Of a stretch of DNA of 64,000 nt, positions 40,453-52,974 are shown in pieces. The notes below the pieces were generated by a model that ran no database searches, was not told the origin of the DNA, and saw only the letters and a list, made by a program, of their open reading frames with translations. The stretch comes from Puccinia triticina (Eukaryota): the NCBI GenBank assembly GCA_026914245.1, contig CP110439.1:4960001-5024000 (forward strand), given 5' to 3'. Within the stretch, counting starts at the first letter, position 1; every line of letters begins with the position of its first letter. A program made the position numbers and the translations under genes.

Positions 40453-40830
40453 CAGGGTGTAAACGGGTCAAGTTTGGGTTGCAAAACAGCGCCCAAACCC
40501 AACCCAACATTTAGTGCGGGTTGGTTTGGGTCGGGGCAGATTTGAAAATATGCTGCCCGAACCCAACCCAACGTCATACTATTTTGGGTTGGGTCAACCC
40601 AACCTACTAGGCGCCAAAAACCCCCAACATGACTGTTGGAGGTGTCTTAGTTGGGTTGCAGGCTGACCCAATTAGAAAATAGGCTGCCCAAACCCAACCC
40701 AACAATTTTACAAGTTGGGTTGGGTTGTGTTTGGGTCCTTGTCATTTTCTTTAAGAACGTGCCCAAACCAAACCCAAAACCCAACGGGTCTCGGGTTGGT
40801 TTTGGGTTGGCACAACCAATTTACACCCTG
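40453..40830. mobile_element. hAT-like MITE
   Basis: TIR CAGGGTGTAAA / TTTACACCCTG, flanking direct repeat AATTACAACT, AACCC/GGGTT subterminal repeats. Confidence 0.85.
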
Positions 40831-41019
40831 AATTACAACTGCCTTGGTGAAAATGCATCTTAATTTTATATTTTTCCCTACCTTTTGCCATTAATATAAC
40901 AGGCCAATAAAAAAAGCACAAAAGAACATACTGTAACTATTATGTGTTACACGTAACAGGATGGATAACTTGAATAATCCCGTTAGATTACCATTATCCA
41001 ACCCATCATTGGTTTTGAG

Positions 41020-41330
41020 TTCAAAACCTGCAGAAACCTGTTTTTGCACGTTTTGGGTCCTCACAAAACTTGTGCAGAACTGATTCCAAAGGTTTTGGGC
41101 CTTGGGTCCTCATGAAACTTGCGCAAAACTGATTATTGCAGGTTTTGGGTCCCCTGGAAACTTGCGCAAAACTGCTTTTGCAGGTTTTGGTTCCCCACCA
41201 AAGGTTCACAAGACTGCTTTTTTTTGAAGGTTAAGGGTGCCCAAGAAATTTGTGCAGGACTGATAGACAGCCCCAAGGAAGGTTGAGCAACAATTGTGGG
41301 GTTGTAAAACTCGAGCATAGCCCCCTTGCA
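41020..41330 (-). repeat. Second copy of the GGNCCCAAAACCTGC repeat family, directly upstream of ADA2
   Basis: Reverse-complement similarity to 38440-38820. Confidence 0.65.
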
Positions 41331-41485
41331 CGGTCCCCATACTGGGTGGAGCCGAGCAAGCCGACGTCGGTTCAACCACTGCTGTGTGCCAGCAGACGTC
41401 GAGTGGCCCCCGCCGCGTGTCAGCTGTGTGGTGGAGGGCGGGGCGAACGACCTGGCGGCCAACAAACCTAAAAAAGCCAGATCCG

Positions 41486-44325
41486 ATGACCGCCACCAAA
41501 CGCAAGACAGCCAAAACCCAGCAGAACGAACCATCCACCAGACCGGGTAGGCCAACCCCACCCCCCCGCCACCTCCATCCCACACTTGTTCCCTCATCTT
41601 CCATCCCACCCCCTCGTCTTCTGCTCACATCGTTACACACTCCCCCCTCTCCCTGATCAACCACCATCCTAGCAGGTACCTCTGGTGTCAAATACCACTG
41701 TGACGGCTGCTCTGCAGACATCTCAAACACTGTCCGGATCAGATGCGCCCATCGCCAGCATATCACCACCAACCTCGGCACTCAGATCCTCACCCAGTCT
41801 GCCCTCGTGTGTGACAACTTCGATCTGTGTGGCCAATGCTTCTGCGAGGGCAAAGAGATCGGTCAACACAAAGCATGGCACAACTATCGAGTAATCGTCT
41901 GTAAACTTCCCTCATCTTCTCATCATCAATCCCGATCAATCGAATACTCATCGCCGCCATCCTCCTAACAGGAACCACACTCGGTTCCTATCTTTACCGA
42001 GGATTGGGGTGCTGATGAGTAAGTCGTCAAGCTGATGGAACTGATGGAAACAAAACTGACAATCGGATTCAACTATGATCAAACATCACCACCGCTTAGA
42101 GAGCTGCTTCTAATTGAAGCCTGCCAAATCTATGGCCTCGGAAATTGGAGTGACATCGCCGACCACGTCGGCAACGGTCGGACGAAGGAAGAAGTCGAAC
42201 GGCATTATCTCGACGTGTTTATTGGCAGTGATGATTACCCGCTTCCTGTTTGTCAAACTCTCAGCCTGTTATCGATACCGTGCGAGCAAATATCTAATGA
42301 TTGAATGCAAAGCTCAGCCGATTGATGCTAGGATCGAGATCGATCAGGACGAGTTCCAAGCCCGTAAGAAGAGAAGGTTGGAGGAGGTGCACGCTCGCCC
42401 TTTACGTCAGTCTATTAATTTATGCATTTCTATAACTGTGCAACAAAAACAAAACAAAAAAGGAACGAAAAAAAATAATTGAATCCCTGTCAAACTTTCC
42501 CTTCAATCCTCAGAAATGCCACCGCCCAAGCCAGTATCGTCCGCGCCCACAAATCACGAGATTGCCGGGTTTATGCCTGGGAGGTTGGATTTCGAAATTG
42601 AGTGGGAAAACGAGGCTGAAAATATGATCAAGGACTTGAGTTTTGGACGAGTGTATCGATTCGGTGGTGATTCGCAGCCTGAAAAGCTACCAGAGGAGGA
42701 TGACATCGCAGAAGAAAAGGACGAAAATAATGCAGCGCCGAATCAAGACCAGCAAACGATCCCCCCAGATTCTACGGCCAAACGGAAGCGCGGTGTCGGG
42801 TCAGGGGCTGGCAAAACAACCCAAAGGACAGACGAGACAGCACCAACAAGGACAGATACTGTACAAAGACAGTGCCCTGATGAGAATGATGGCGATGCAG
42901 CAGAAGCCGACGGCCGAGATTCAATGCCATCATCATCTGTTGATCCACTCCAAACCGGCCCCTCCCCGGATCCTAAACCAAAGAGTAAAGAGAAAGAGAA
43001 AGAAGAGCCGAAAGCCGAGGATGAAGATGACAATGAAGAGGTAGACGAAGAGCCGCCGCTCTCAGACGAGCCTGACCTGGACTTAGAACTCAAGCTCACC
43101 CTCCTAGAAATTTACAACGACAAGTACGATCGGCGGTTGCAAGCCAAGGCAGTGGTCTTCGACCGGAATCTTTTGGAGTACAAAAAGGTAACCAGCAGCT
43201 GGCCGGACTTAGCGTCTATGCTGTGGCCTGCATTTTGACGCTTGCCCTCAATTATGGCTGCATGTAGATTCAAGCGGCGGAGAGAAAGCTGCCCAAGGAG
43301 ATCAGAGACCTAGTGATCCGGATCAAGCCCTTCGCCCGGCTCCAGACGGCCACCGACCACGAACAGTTCCAGGAAGGCCTGATCTGTAAATACCTATTTC
43401 GGCTGACTTTACTGCGCCCAACCAGGGGGGGGTCTGCAAGTGACAGTTTCGCATCGCTCTGTTTTCTAGACGAAATGGCGCTGCGGAAACGCGTTGCCGA
43501 GTTGCAGGAGTACCGCAAGATGGGCATTACCAACTTGGTCGATGCCGAACGGTACGAGAAAGAGAAGGCGGCCCGGGTAAGTCTTTCCGTCCTCCTGGTC
43601 GTCTCCCCACACTCACAAAATCCTCTTCGCTCGTCTTCAAAAAAGTTGTTTGCGAAGCAGCGCGAAATGGCCGGACATGATCGGTTTGGTGTGCGTAAGC
43701 AGAGAGTCAGTGGGGCTGGGTTGGGCTTGGATGAAATGAGCAGTCGGGAAGGCACCCCTGGCAGTTCAGGAAAGGCCTCCAAAAAGAACTGTAAGTCTTC
43801 TCAATCTCGAGGCTTTCCGCAAGATTCTACTCAATGACCCTCGGCTGATCATATGCACGATGAATACCACCAGCGGCTGTGCCACTGAGTCTGGCGACGA
43901 GCGGCTCGAAGCAGCTCCTTCACCCGTCCGAGCTGGCGCTATGTTCGCGACTGCAGATCCTACCGAGCCCGTTCCTGATGATCAAGGAGGCGATGTTCCG
44001 GGAACATGTGCGGCGAGCGGCGCTGGGACAGACGCTGGACCGAGCCGACGTCGTTGGGCTCTTTCCGCCGCTTGGCCTGGTGGGGGATGCAGAGGAGGGC
44101 CTGGAGGAGGGCGAAGAGGACGAGGGGGTGGAGCAGGGCGCGGGCAAGGGGCATGCGGGGGCTCCCTTGAAGGAGCACAAGGTGGAGCTTATTTGGGACT
44201 TCTTTTTCGACAACCCCCCGCTGCTGTCCGGGCTTCAAGCCGATCACAATAGCTCCACTACCACCCACCAGCAAGCCCCAAACCACTGTCCAAACGGTCC
44301 GCACACTCCGTCCATCCCGTCATGA
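41486..44325 (+). CDS. ADA2: Transcriptional adaptor Ada2 (SAGA), ZZ + SANT + SWIRM, multi-exon
   Basis: [109 protein letters not shown]. Confidence 0.95.
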
Positions 44326-45036
44326 TTAATCCGCCTCCCTCTCTCTCCGCTTCCTTGTTTGCTTTCGTTTCTTCATAAAGACCCTCAAGAGAGGACGTAA
44401 TGGCTTGTTTTTTCTTCCTGTTGTCTTGCCCCAAACAACATTCTCTTCAGTTGTATTTTTTTAATGTTTTAGCAATGCAAGATTTTCCGCACTGTACATA
44501 AATTTGGGCCTTCTTTTTCGACGCCCCGCCGCTGCTGACTGGCCTTGAACCCGACCACAATACCACGGCCTCTCACCAACAGGCCCCAACGCAGGATGCA
44601 GATATCATTTTCGACAGGGTTGCGAGGCCTCCGGCCGGCGGGAGGGGCCCTGATGCTTTGTATTGTCCCGACCCTCCCAGCCGCGGAGTGGGCAAACCAC
44701 TGCGCCGGCTGGAGGGAGGAAGGCAGACAGCGTCCCCCCTGAGGCCCGTGTTAGTTGAAATACATATTTGTCAGTTGAAGACGTATTTACGTATGTACGT
44801 TGGGCAACCAATTTCGAGCACTCACTTTTCTCAAACAATTAATATCGGTCAAGGACAGACACCGCCTGGCACAGCCGGTATTGGCTATTCCGCTCTCACG
44901 TTTTTCGGCCTGGAATGTTCCAAAGGAGAGCTCGCGCCGGCCGGATCCACATTCATTCCATCAAAAACGTGCATAAATACTTCACCAACAAGCGCCTGCT
45001 AACAACAAGCATCCAGTTCGAAACCACTTCCAACGC

Positions 45037-45411
45037 CATCCATCCACTCCCAAACCACTCCCAAATCCATCACGAGAGAACATGCGCCCATCCATCATCT
45101 TCATCGCTGCAATTGGTGTATTCCAGAATGCTATGCCGACTGTTAGTGTTGACGTGCGTATTACAGGTGGAAACTCATCTGTGAGCTTTCAACCATTTCC
45201 TTCTTTGTGTGAGGAGAATTTTTCTAGCCGTTTCTAAGTCCAAAGAACGAAATGGTTGAAAGCTCACAGATGAGTTTCCACCTGTAATACGCACGTCAAC
45301 ACTAACAGTCGGCATAGCATTCTGGAATACACCAATTGCAGCGATGAAGATGATGGATCGGCGCATGTTCTCTCGTGATGGATTTGGGAGTGGTTTGGGA
45401 GTGGATGGATG
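45037..45411. repeat. 171-bp near-perfect inverted repeat with 33-nt spacer
   Basis: 45037-45207 is the reverse complement of 45241-45411 with two mismatches by manual comparison. Confidence 0.97.
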
Positions 45412-45555
45412 TTTCTAAGTCCAAAGTCGTTGTTGACCGGGTATCCTTTTACTATCTCTCACCCAACTCTTACAAAGCCCGGCATCAACTGCTGTTCTGA
45501 TTGCCCGCCGGGCGGCCCGCCGCACGCATGCGATGGGTGCAACCGCTGGTGCTGA
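45082..45555 (+). CDS. 58-aa small secreted Cys-rich peptide (candidate effector); exons 45082-45180 and 45478-45555
   Basis: MRPSIIFIAAIGVFQNAMPTVSVDVRITGGNSS|PGINCCSDCPPGGPPHACDGCNRWC*; phase-0 GTGAGC..TTGAC..AAAG intron; hydrophobic N-terminus; 6 Cys in the last 21 aa. Confidence 0.72.
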
Positions 45556-46429
45556 TGCTCTTTTATCTTCAGAAATTCGGTGCATTGGTACGTGAAACTT
45601 CCCCGATCTTTACCGCTACTGCAGAAGAATTAAGGCCCTGGACTTCCCCCTGACCCTCAGCAGCTACGATCTCGGCGACTTGCCAGGCATAGCGACCCCC
45701 TCGGAGTGCATGAATTTATCTCTATTTCGCCCTCTTCTTGTTGTGATGTTGATGTTCATATCAGGCGGTCTACCCAATGCACTACAGCTCCTCAAAATCT
45801 CGTGCACTTGTTTAAAATGAATCACCTGTGACCAGTGAATGCAATTTCTTTACTCTATCAATCATCAGAGGACGTGCCCGCGTTCTTGATGCAGTCAAAC
45901 CTCTCTGACCATATGCATGTATAAGGGCATAACTTCTCATACCACATACTCATTTGGGTCCGCAAAACAAAATTTTGGCCTGTAGCTAGCCCTTCTAACC
46001 ACATAACTTGCCAAACCACATAGTAAAATCTGTCCACCAAGAATCAAGGGGTGTGAGGCTAGAGAGTGGAGGAATTCCTGTTGAGTCCATGGGAGCCTCC
46101 CAGATCTCAATTTACACACCCAAATTCTTCATTTTTGACAAAAAAGGAAATGTTTTCCTAATCCTCCAGTCCATTAATTTCATGTGCACTGGTTGAATTT
46201 TTGATAGATGTCTTGATTTAGGATTTAGAGGGTCTTCTAGAGCTCCCTAAATGACAATGGGAAATCATCCAGTGTAATGACTTGAGTACTAAAATAAAAA
46301 TTGGGACAGGCCACAGATTGAGTATCTTGTGAATGTCTACAGACTAGGTATACTTCCAAAAGGTTCACCTAAGGATTTTTTATCTAAGATAACAACAGAC
46401 TAATAGACAAGGCTTTAATTCACACTTCT

Positions 46430-46549
46430 GATGATGATGATATATTACAGATGATGATGATATATTACAGATGATGATGATATATTACAGATGATGATGA
46501 TATATTACAGATGATGATGATATATTGCAGATGATGATCATATATTACA
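46430..46549. repeat. 20-bp tandem repeat x6
   Basis: Unit GATGATGATGATATATTACA; the last two copies each carry one change. Confidence 0.95.
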
Positions 46550-46602
46550 ATGACAAAAGATGTTTACAAATTAGGATTTTATGCCCTTTTATATTTATAC
46601 AA

Positions 46603-49600
46603 CCAGAGGCCAAGGCTGCTGCGCCGCTGTACTCACAGGAGGAGTAAAGCACGCCCAGCTCTTGGAATCTGCTATGTGACAATGATAGAACAGAAGTCAC
46701 TATGAAAGATCTCACTCTCAAGACAAAATGATTGGGAACAGCCTTTGTCATCAGGTGCCTGGTTCAAAGTGAGAAAATCTGTGACAATTGGATCAGATTT
46801 GATCATTTTCAATTGAAAGGATTAGCCTATAGAATACCTACTCATTATCCTCACAGTACCAAGTGAAGCATGATGAATAACCACCAGCCTGCTTTGAAAA
46901 ATTCCTGCTGGATGTTTGCAGAAATTGCCAATACTACCCCAGTCTTGAATATTTTTGTCTCATCACACAATACAGACCAGCTGTTGGCTGGTCAGTTGAA
47001 GCAGTTTTGTGATGATGAAAATGGGCTGTGGTGGACACAGCAGACAGGCTCCTTGGCAAGCCTAGGAGGAAGATGTGGATGATCAACCATGTGAATATTT
47101 GTGTCAATGGGATGGATCCCTTTTCTGTGAGAGGTCACCCTCTCAGACCTGAACTGCCACCCCCGGAAATTAAAAGATTTAGAGCAACTAAAATGAATTG
47201 TTTATTGACAGTTAGAGCTTTGTATTTACAATCATAATAATGAAGCTTGAAAGTAATCTGAGTGAGAAGATTGGTCCGGGCATGTACCTAAAAGCGGGAC
47301 AGGAGATGCCCGGGGACTGAGTCTGGTTTGATGGGAGTGGAAGGGGTTGGATGCACGCTAGCGCCACCGTCGTGTATTACGGGATGTTCTGTTTAGTCCT
47401 GCACTCCGGTCGGCCGTGCAACCAACATCAGTCTCTTTCTCTGGTAGGTCTGTTTGCTTGGTTTCTTCCCACTTACGGGTGTTAGCCGAGTTACTGGAGT
47501 AACTTTGTCTTCTCTTGTCTGCACGGTTCTATACGCTCTTGTACTGTTTGTTTAAAAACGGTTTTCCAACGTTAGTTCTCTGTGCTTGTGGTATCCAGCC
47601 AAAATAAATCTTGAGGAGGATGGTTGGCAATACATAAAATCTGCGCTAGTTCTGCGCCTGTGCCGCCTGCTTGCCAAGCAAATTGAGTGATGCTGTCACC
47701 AAACATCACCAGCTCATCCATCAAGAACGGCTTGCACTTTGTTGTAGACATTTCAGATTGTGTGACCTGGCATGAGCGTATTTTGCTGTTAATCAGTTAC
47801 TTTTGTCGAGAGGGCACAAGGATTCGAGATGGGTCATTAGCGAGAAATGAGGCAAGACTCACTGGGACAGTAACCATGATGACTTTGTTTTTGGGAACGG
47901 CTCAATGTGCGACTAAATGCTTATTCCTATTTGTGTTTATGTATCGGAAGATCAGACAGTTGGAGATGATGAAATTAAGAGGCATCCAAAGACGGCAGTG
48001 TAGTCGCAGTATTCATTGTTGAATCAGGCCTTTTGGAGAGTCGAGTTGGATTTGGAATTGAATGAGATGAATGTGCAAGGTTTGTTTGCCGAGCCACTGC
48101 ACTGACCTCTTGGAGACATCATGATGATGGGGGCTGGTGATCTGGACGGGGTGCTTGGGACAATGACAAGGAGCTTGATTGAAGGTGACATGTCCCTCTG
48201 GAGGGGTGATGAGGGAATTGGTTGGAGTTATTGCTGGGGATGTGGAGGGTGACAAAGGGACTTGCTCAACGTTTGGATGTGCCTCTGAAGAGTGAGGTGA
48301 AGGGGTGTTGAGGGTGACATGTCCCTCCAACGCACAGACTTTTAGAATATTCTGAAATCTGCGTAGGCCCCCTCTCCTGATGGCCGCTGGTGAGCTCTGG
48401 TGGTTGCCGGCTTGCTGGCCGTCAAAGGTTCTTGACGGCAAATTGCCGCTATGCCCGCCGGTGTTTGATTGGTCAAGGCATGTTTACTGTCAAATTGACC
48501 AGGCAAGTTAACACCTGAAGTCAAGTCAACTTTGCATGAGCTTGAGTGTTGGCGGGGGCGCGGTCAGATTGGCGGCAATTTGACAGCGCGGGGGTCAATT
48601 TGCCGGTGGCTTCCACCCCGCGTCAATTTGACGTGCAAAACCCAAAATTGTGCAACCGCTGTGTAGGTTTTGGTCTGAACTGCAAGAGGGGTCTAACCTT
48701 TTATGGCAGCTGGGCTTGCGCCTTGGTCTAGCCGCGCGAGCTTCCTTGGAGGTTGCTGCGGGTTTGGGTCTGGTTCTGGTTTCCTACAGAAATTTGTGGC
48801 GTACAAACCTTTGGGCCCATTACGATGTTAACACCACCGGGAAGTGAATCAACATGGTCAGATTGGAGATGGCAACAGCCAAGGATTGGAATCTGTAATC
48901 TTCCCTGATGATCTCAGCATCTAGCTAACAGGATCAAAATTGAAAGCCGCTTGCGGTGACTGCATTTTGGGGCCAGATTGGCCGGGCGGGAGGGGTTGGA
49001 TGGAGGTCTGGGCAGGGGGTAGCAGAAATTGTTGGAAATGTATCTGAGCAAGCTTGCAAGGGTCGTGGTCAATGGACCTGAGTTGACAGTCCAAGGGGCA
49101 AGCAGCAGCAGGGAAGCCGGAGTGGGTGCGGGTCAGCGAGGGCCTTGGTCCACGACAAGCGTCAGCTGGCCATTCTCCTTGTCTCCAGCCAGGTGTTGTT
49201 GCCGTTCCTGAGCAAGCGGCGTTTGCAGACGCGGTAGGAGTTTAAGCCGCCGATGGCGACAAGGAGACAGAGAAATCAGTAGACCAGCATGGTCATTCTT
49301 TTCCACCAGAAGGTACCGCCCGATCTCGAACAGGCATCCAGCCAGTAACTCATTATTACTCACCAGTAGATCAAGGCAAAATAAAATTCCACAGATTCTC
49401 CTTTAGCGCTCTCTTGTGCTGTTGTGAATGGCATTGCACATCCAGGTTGGAGAATTGTTGGTAGTAATTGGGCTGGGCGCGCTTGCTGGTCCAGATTGGC
49501 TTCTGGATTGTCTGCTGTTGTTGTGGGACAGGATGGGTGGGCTAGGAGCGGTGGCTGTGTTTGGAGAGCAAGTGGCCGGAATATTGGATGCAATTGGTGG

Positions 49601-51326
49601 GCCATTGCCTGAGCCGACAGGACATGACAAGCCGTTCTGTTCCGCACATACTATTGGGGAGGGAAGAATTGGTTTGTAATGTTTGATGACTGAACTGAGC
49701 ATCAAGGGGCAGAAGAGGCACATGAACATTTTGAATTCATATACTAATACATAGTGAAGCGGAAATGTGAAAATTAATCCTGACCTATCTTTCAATTTCC
49801 TTCTTCTACTTGCTCTCCAGAATTTTGATGATTTCTTTGCATGTATTGAGAGGTTATTTGGATTTGTCTTGGGGATCTTCAGGGCTGCAAGCACTACTGT
49901 CTGGAAATGGCTTGAAAAAAATTGAGTGGTTTCAGGTGGGAAGAGGAAATCTGATGTAGCTCGGGATACCGGTTGCAAGGGCTGCGGGAGGGGGGGGGGG
50001 CTTTGGGTCTGGGCAACGCCAAATATGGGAAATAGAGTATACAGGCATCTTGGAATTCCAAATGGCTGGTGCAGTTGCCATGGAATCAATTACAGTTACA
50101 TTGGCCATGGCGTGGTGTTTGCATGGGGAGAGCCAGTATTGATTCCAGGGAGAGCTTAAAAGGCGGATAGCTCAAAGATGTAGTTGTTTCCCCAGGTAAT
50201 TGGAGAAGCTGCACTTCCAGCTATCCGTTGCCCTCAACCCCTCCGTTGTTGCACGTGTGCAGTCTGAGGGGCAAAGAGTGGGTCCCCCAAGGGTCTGCAG
50301 ACTTTGCTGCAGTCTGGGGGCCTTCATGTCCATCACTTTTTTAAGAATATACGCCTAGGGGACCGGCTCCACAATCACCAGATGAGAAGGGAGCCGCGAA
50401 CCACAACAGCTGCGGAGTTTGGTAAGCAAAGCAAACCCCTCTCCACAGCCCAAGCTGCTAGTGAACTTGGGAAAACTGAGTACATCTTCTTGACGAACAC
50501 AGGTACCAACGACACAAACAGCAAGATCGAAAATCAATTGTTGTTACTGGAAAGGATCTCAATAAACACCTCAGGTGAGTAATCGTGTTCTGGACCGGTC
50601 AACAGACAAGGACGTAGCTAACTGCTTGTCCCCGCTTAAACAGGTGAATTGCCTAAAAGTCAGATCCAAGCCGAACCAGCCGCATACCAAAAAGGAATTG
50701 CAGGAGGTGAGAAGCGGGATCCCCAAGCCATGACCAAAAGTAAAGAAGGGCTAACTGAGGCAACTGCGTTTCACAGAAGAACCCAGTTGCGCCACCCTAC
50801 CGGCACGTCGACGGCCAGGTCAACAGAAGGACTGAGTCCAGACCAAGTAAGCTGACCTTACCCAACAGGAGAAATGAGACAAGAGAAAGGCGCTGATAAG
50901 AGGCTGCAACGTAAACAGACGCAACAGCCGGAGATTTTTCTTTCCTTTCTCTTAAAACTCCTAGTCAGCGGCCAGAAGCCTGTTTCTAGGTAAATTCACA
51001 TCTCTCAATCTCACTAAATTGTACATATCGAACTTAGCTCTAATGGAATAACAACTTCTAGTTCTTCCAAATTTTTCAACTTTGACCCGTGCGCTTGACA
51101 CGGGCTTGGTGTTGAGCCTGTGGGCATGGCTTTGCCGCTATTGGAAGGCTGGGTTGAGAAGTTGCTTGTGTTTTTATTGTGATGAGGAACCCCCCCCCTT
51201 TATTTTGAGATTTTGTTAATGGGGAAACCCATGTTTTTTTTTCTTCATTTTGTGTAATTGTAAGGGGAAACCCTTGATCTTGATTTTTTTTAATTTTGGC
51301 AAAACTGTGTCTTCAATAAACTTGAA
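46603..51326 (-). mobile_element. Helitron-family sequence on the minus strand (may be more than one fragment)
   Basis: 5' end TTCAAGTTTATTGAAGACACAG at 51326 matches the 30330 Helitron start; 50200-50290 matches 30638-30725; a 3'-type end GGCGCAGCAGCCTTGGCCTCTGG lies at 46603. That both ends belong to one element is unproven. Confidence 0.55.
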
Positions 51327-51920
51327 GTCCGTACCAGCTAGCCAAGAAAGGCTGCTTTTGGCAGACGGCAGGGAAGTGTATTGGCTGGCCGGACAACAGA
51401 AGGTGTCTTGGCTCGCCGGGCCCGGGGGAAATATTGCTCCTTGGAAGTCACCTTCTAGTCTCCATGCTTGCCGAGGTTGCTTCCCAGCAACCACCTGCTA
51501 CATGCTTGCCAAGATCCCTTCCCACCGGGCAGAATTCTCGATGCTTGTACATGCCTGCAGAGGAAACTGGCCATCAAATGGAGTACATACTCCCTTCTCC
51601 ACTTCATGACCGCTTAAATTGGCGGCCATTGAGAGGGGTTCCTGAAACCCGAAGAGGCATTCTTGTGTCGGGCAAGCAAAATGTGGACTTCAAACACCTT
51701 TTGCAAGCTTCTTTGAAAGAGTAAGGCTGGGTGGGACAATCATTGCAAGATCAGCAATGTGTAGGTTCTCAGGCCATTTTTTAGCAGATAAAGAAGTTTT
51801 ATTTGGGGGTGCAAAGTGCTCCACTCAAAAGAAATTGGAGTGGCCGGCTGATCACTCCAAAATAACGCTTTTTTGGAGTGCTCAGCTAGCCGCTCCAATT
51901 TCTTTAGAGTGGAACCCTGT

Positions 51921-52532
51921 CAACACCGCAAGAGCTACGCTTTGCTACAAAAAGCGGTGCTTTTGCATAGCAAAACAAAACCCCGCTAATCTAGATCCAG
52001 AGTAGCGTTAGCCCTAGCGGAAAACCGCTATTTAGAGCGGTAGCAAAGCACCAGCACCGTGAATTTGAACTGCGTGTAGCAAAGCAGTATTTTTTACCAA
52101 TTTTGCTAAAGTTTAGTGTAGTGGCCAAATTTGCACTTTTGGCGCTTGTTAGCCCTCTAAGCGCTATGTAGCGCAAGAAGCATAGCAAATGGGGTCACTT
52201 TTTTGCCAAAAGCATAGCGGGTGAGTCCGCTTTTCTGTGGAAAGTGCCACAAATCCAATTAATCATCAATCCTCCATCATTTTATGATGTTGAAGAACTT
52301 TGAATGATGCTACAGTAGCACAGCCAAATCAATAAAGTAGTAATTTTTCCGCTACTGTAGCAGGAAGGGTAGCGGAATGCGGCCACTTACCACTGAAAAT
52401 AGCTTGCTATTTTTCTGAGTTTTTTTCCCATTAGAAAAATAGCAAAAAGGGTAGCACCTAGCCCACTACTAAAAGTGTAGCAAAGTGAGGTCAAATTAAA
52501 TTGCTATGCGCAGCGTAGCTTTTGCGGTGTTG
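51921..52532. mobile_element. TAGC-rich MITE with 7-bp TSD (divergent subfamily)
   Basis: TIR CAACACCGCAAGAGCTACGCT / AGCGTAGCTTTTGCGGTGTTG, TSD ACCCTGT. Confidence 0.88.
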
Positions 52533-52974
52533 ACCCTGTGCACTCCAAAAATTAATGGAGTTTAACTACACACTATTTCCATTGCTCTTGATGACTGGGA
52601 TATACAGGCCATCAGGAGCATACAACTTCTCAACGGCTGGTCCAGACCATTTATCAAGAGAACTCAACCCTCTCAATTGCTGGCAAAGACCGGCCATCAA
52701 GAGCATACAACCCTCTTGATAACCGGTCTGCACCGGTCATCAGGAGGATACAACCCTCTTGATGACCAGTCTGTGCCGGTCATTGAGGGGACTCAACACT
52801 CTTGATGACCGGTACAGACTGGTTATTGAGGGGACTCAACACTCTCAACAACCAGTATGTGCTGTTCTTTGAGAGGATAAAACCCTCTCAATGAATGGTA
52901 GAGTATCCCCTCAATGACCTGTGCAGACCGGTTATTGAGGGTGTTGAGTCCCCTTGATGAGCGACACAGACCGG

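Noticed and set aside
45175..45366. 63-aa minus-strand ORF with a signal-peptide-like start
   Set aside because: It is the inverted copy of exon 1 reading into intron and loop sequence; it lacks the Cys exon, so it is not treated as an independent gene.
46430..46549. Regular repeats resembling a CRISPR array
   Set aside because: Head-to-tail 20-mers with no unique spacers, no cas genes, eukaryotic context: a minisatellite.
52590..52970. About 40-bp palindromic repeat array as CRISPR-like or structured RNA
   Set aside because: Degenerate units without spacers, lying inside a CACTA-type foldback.
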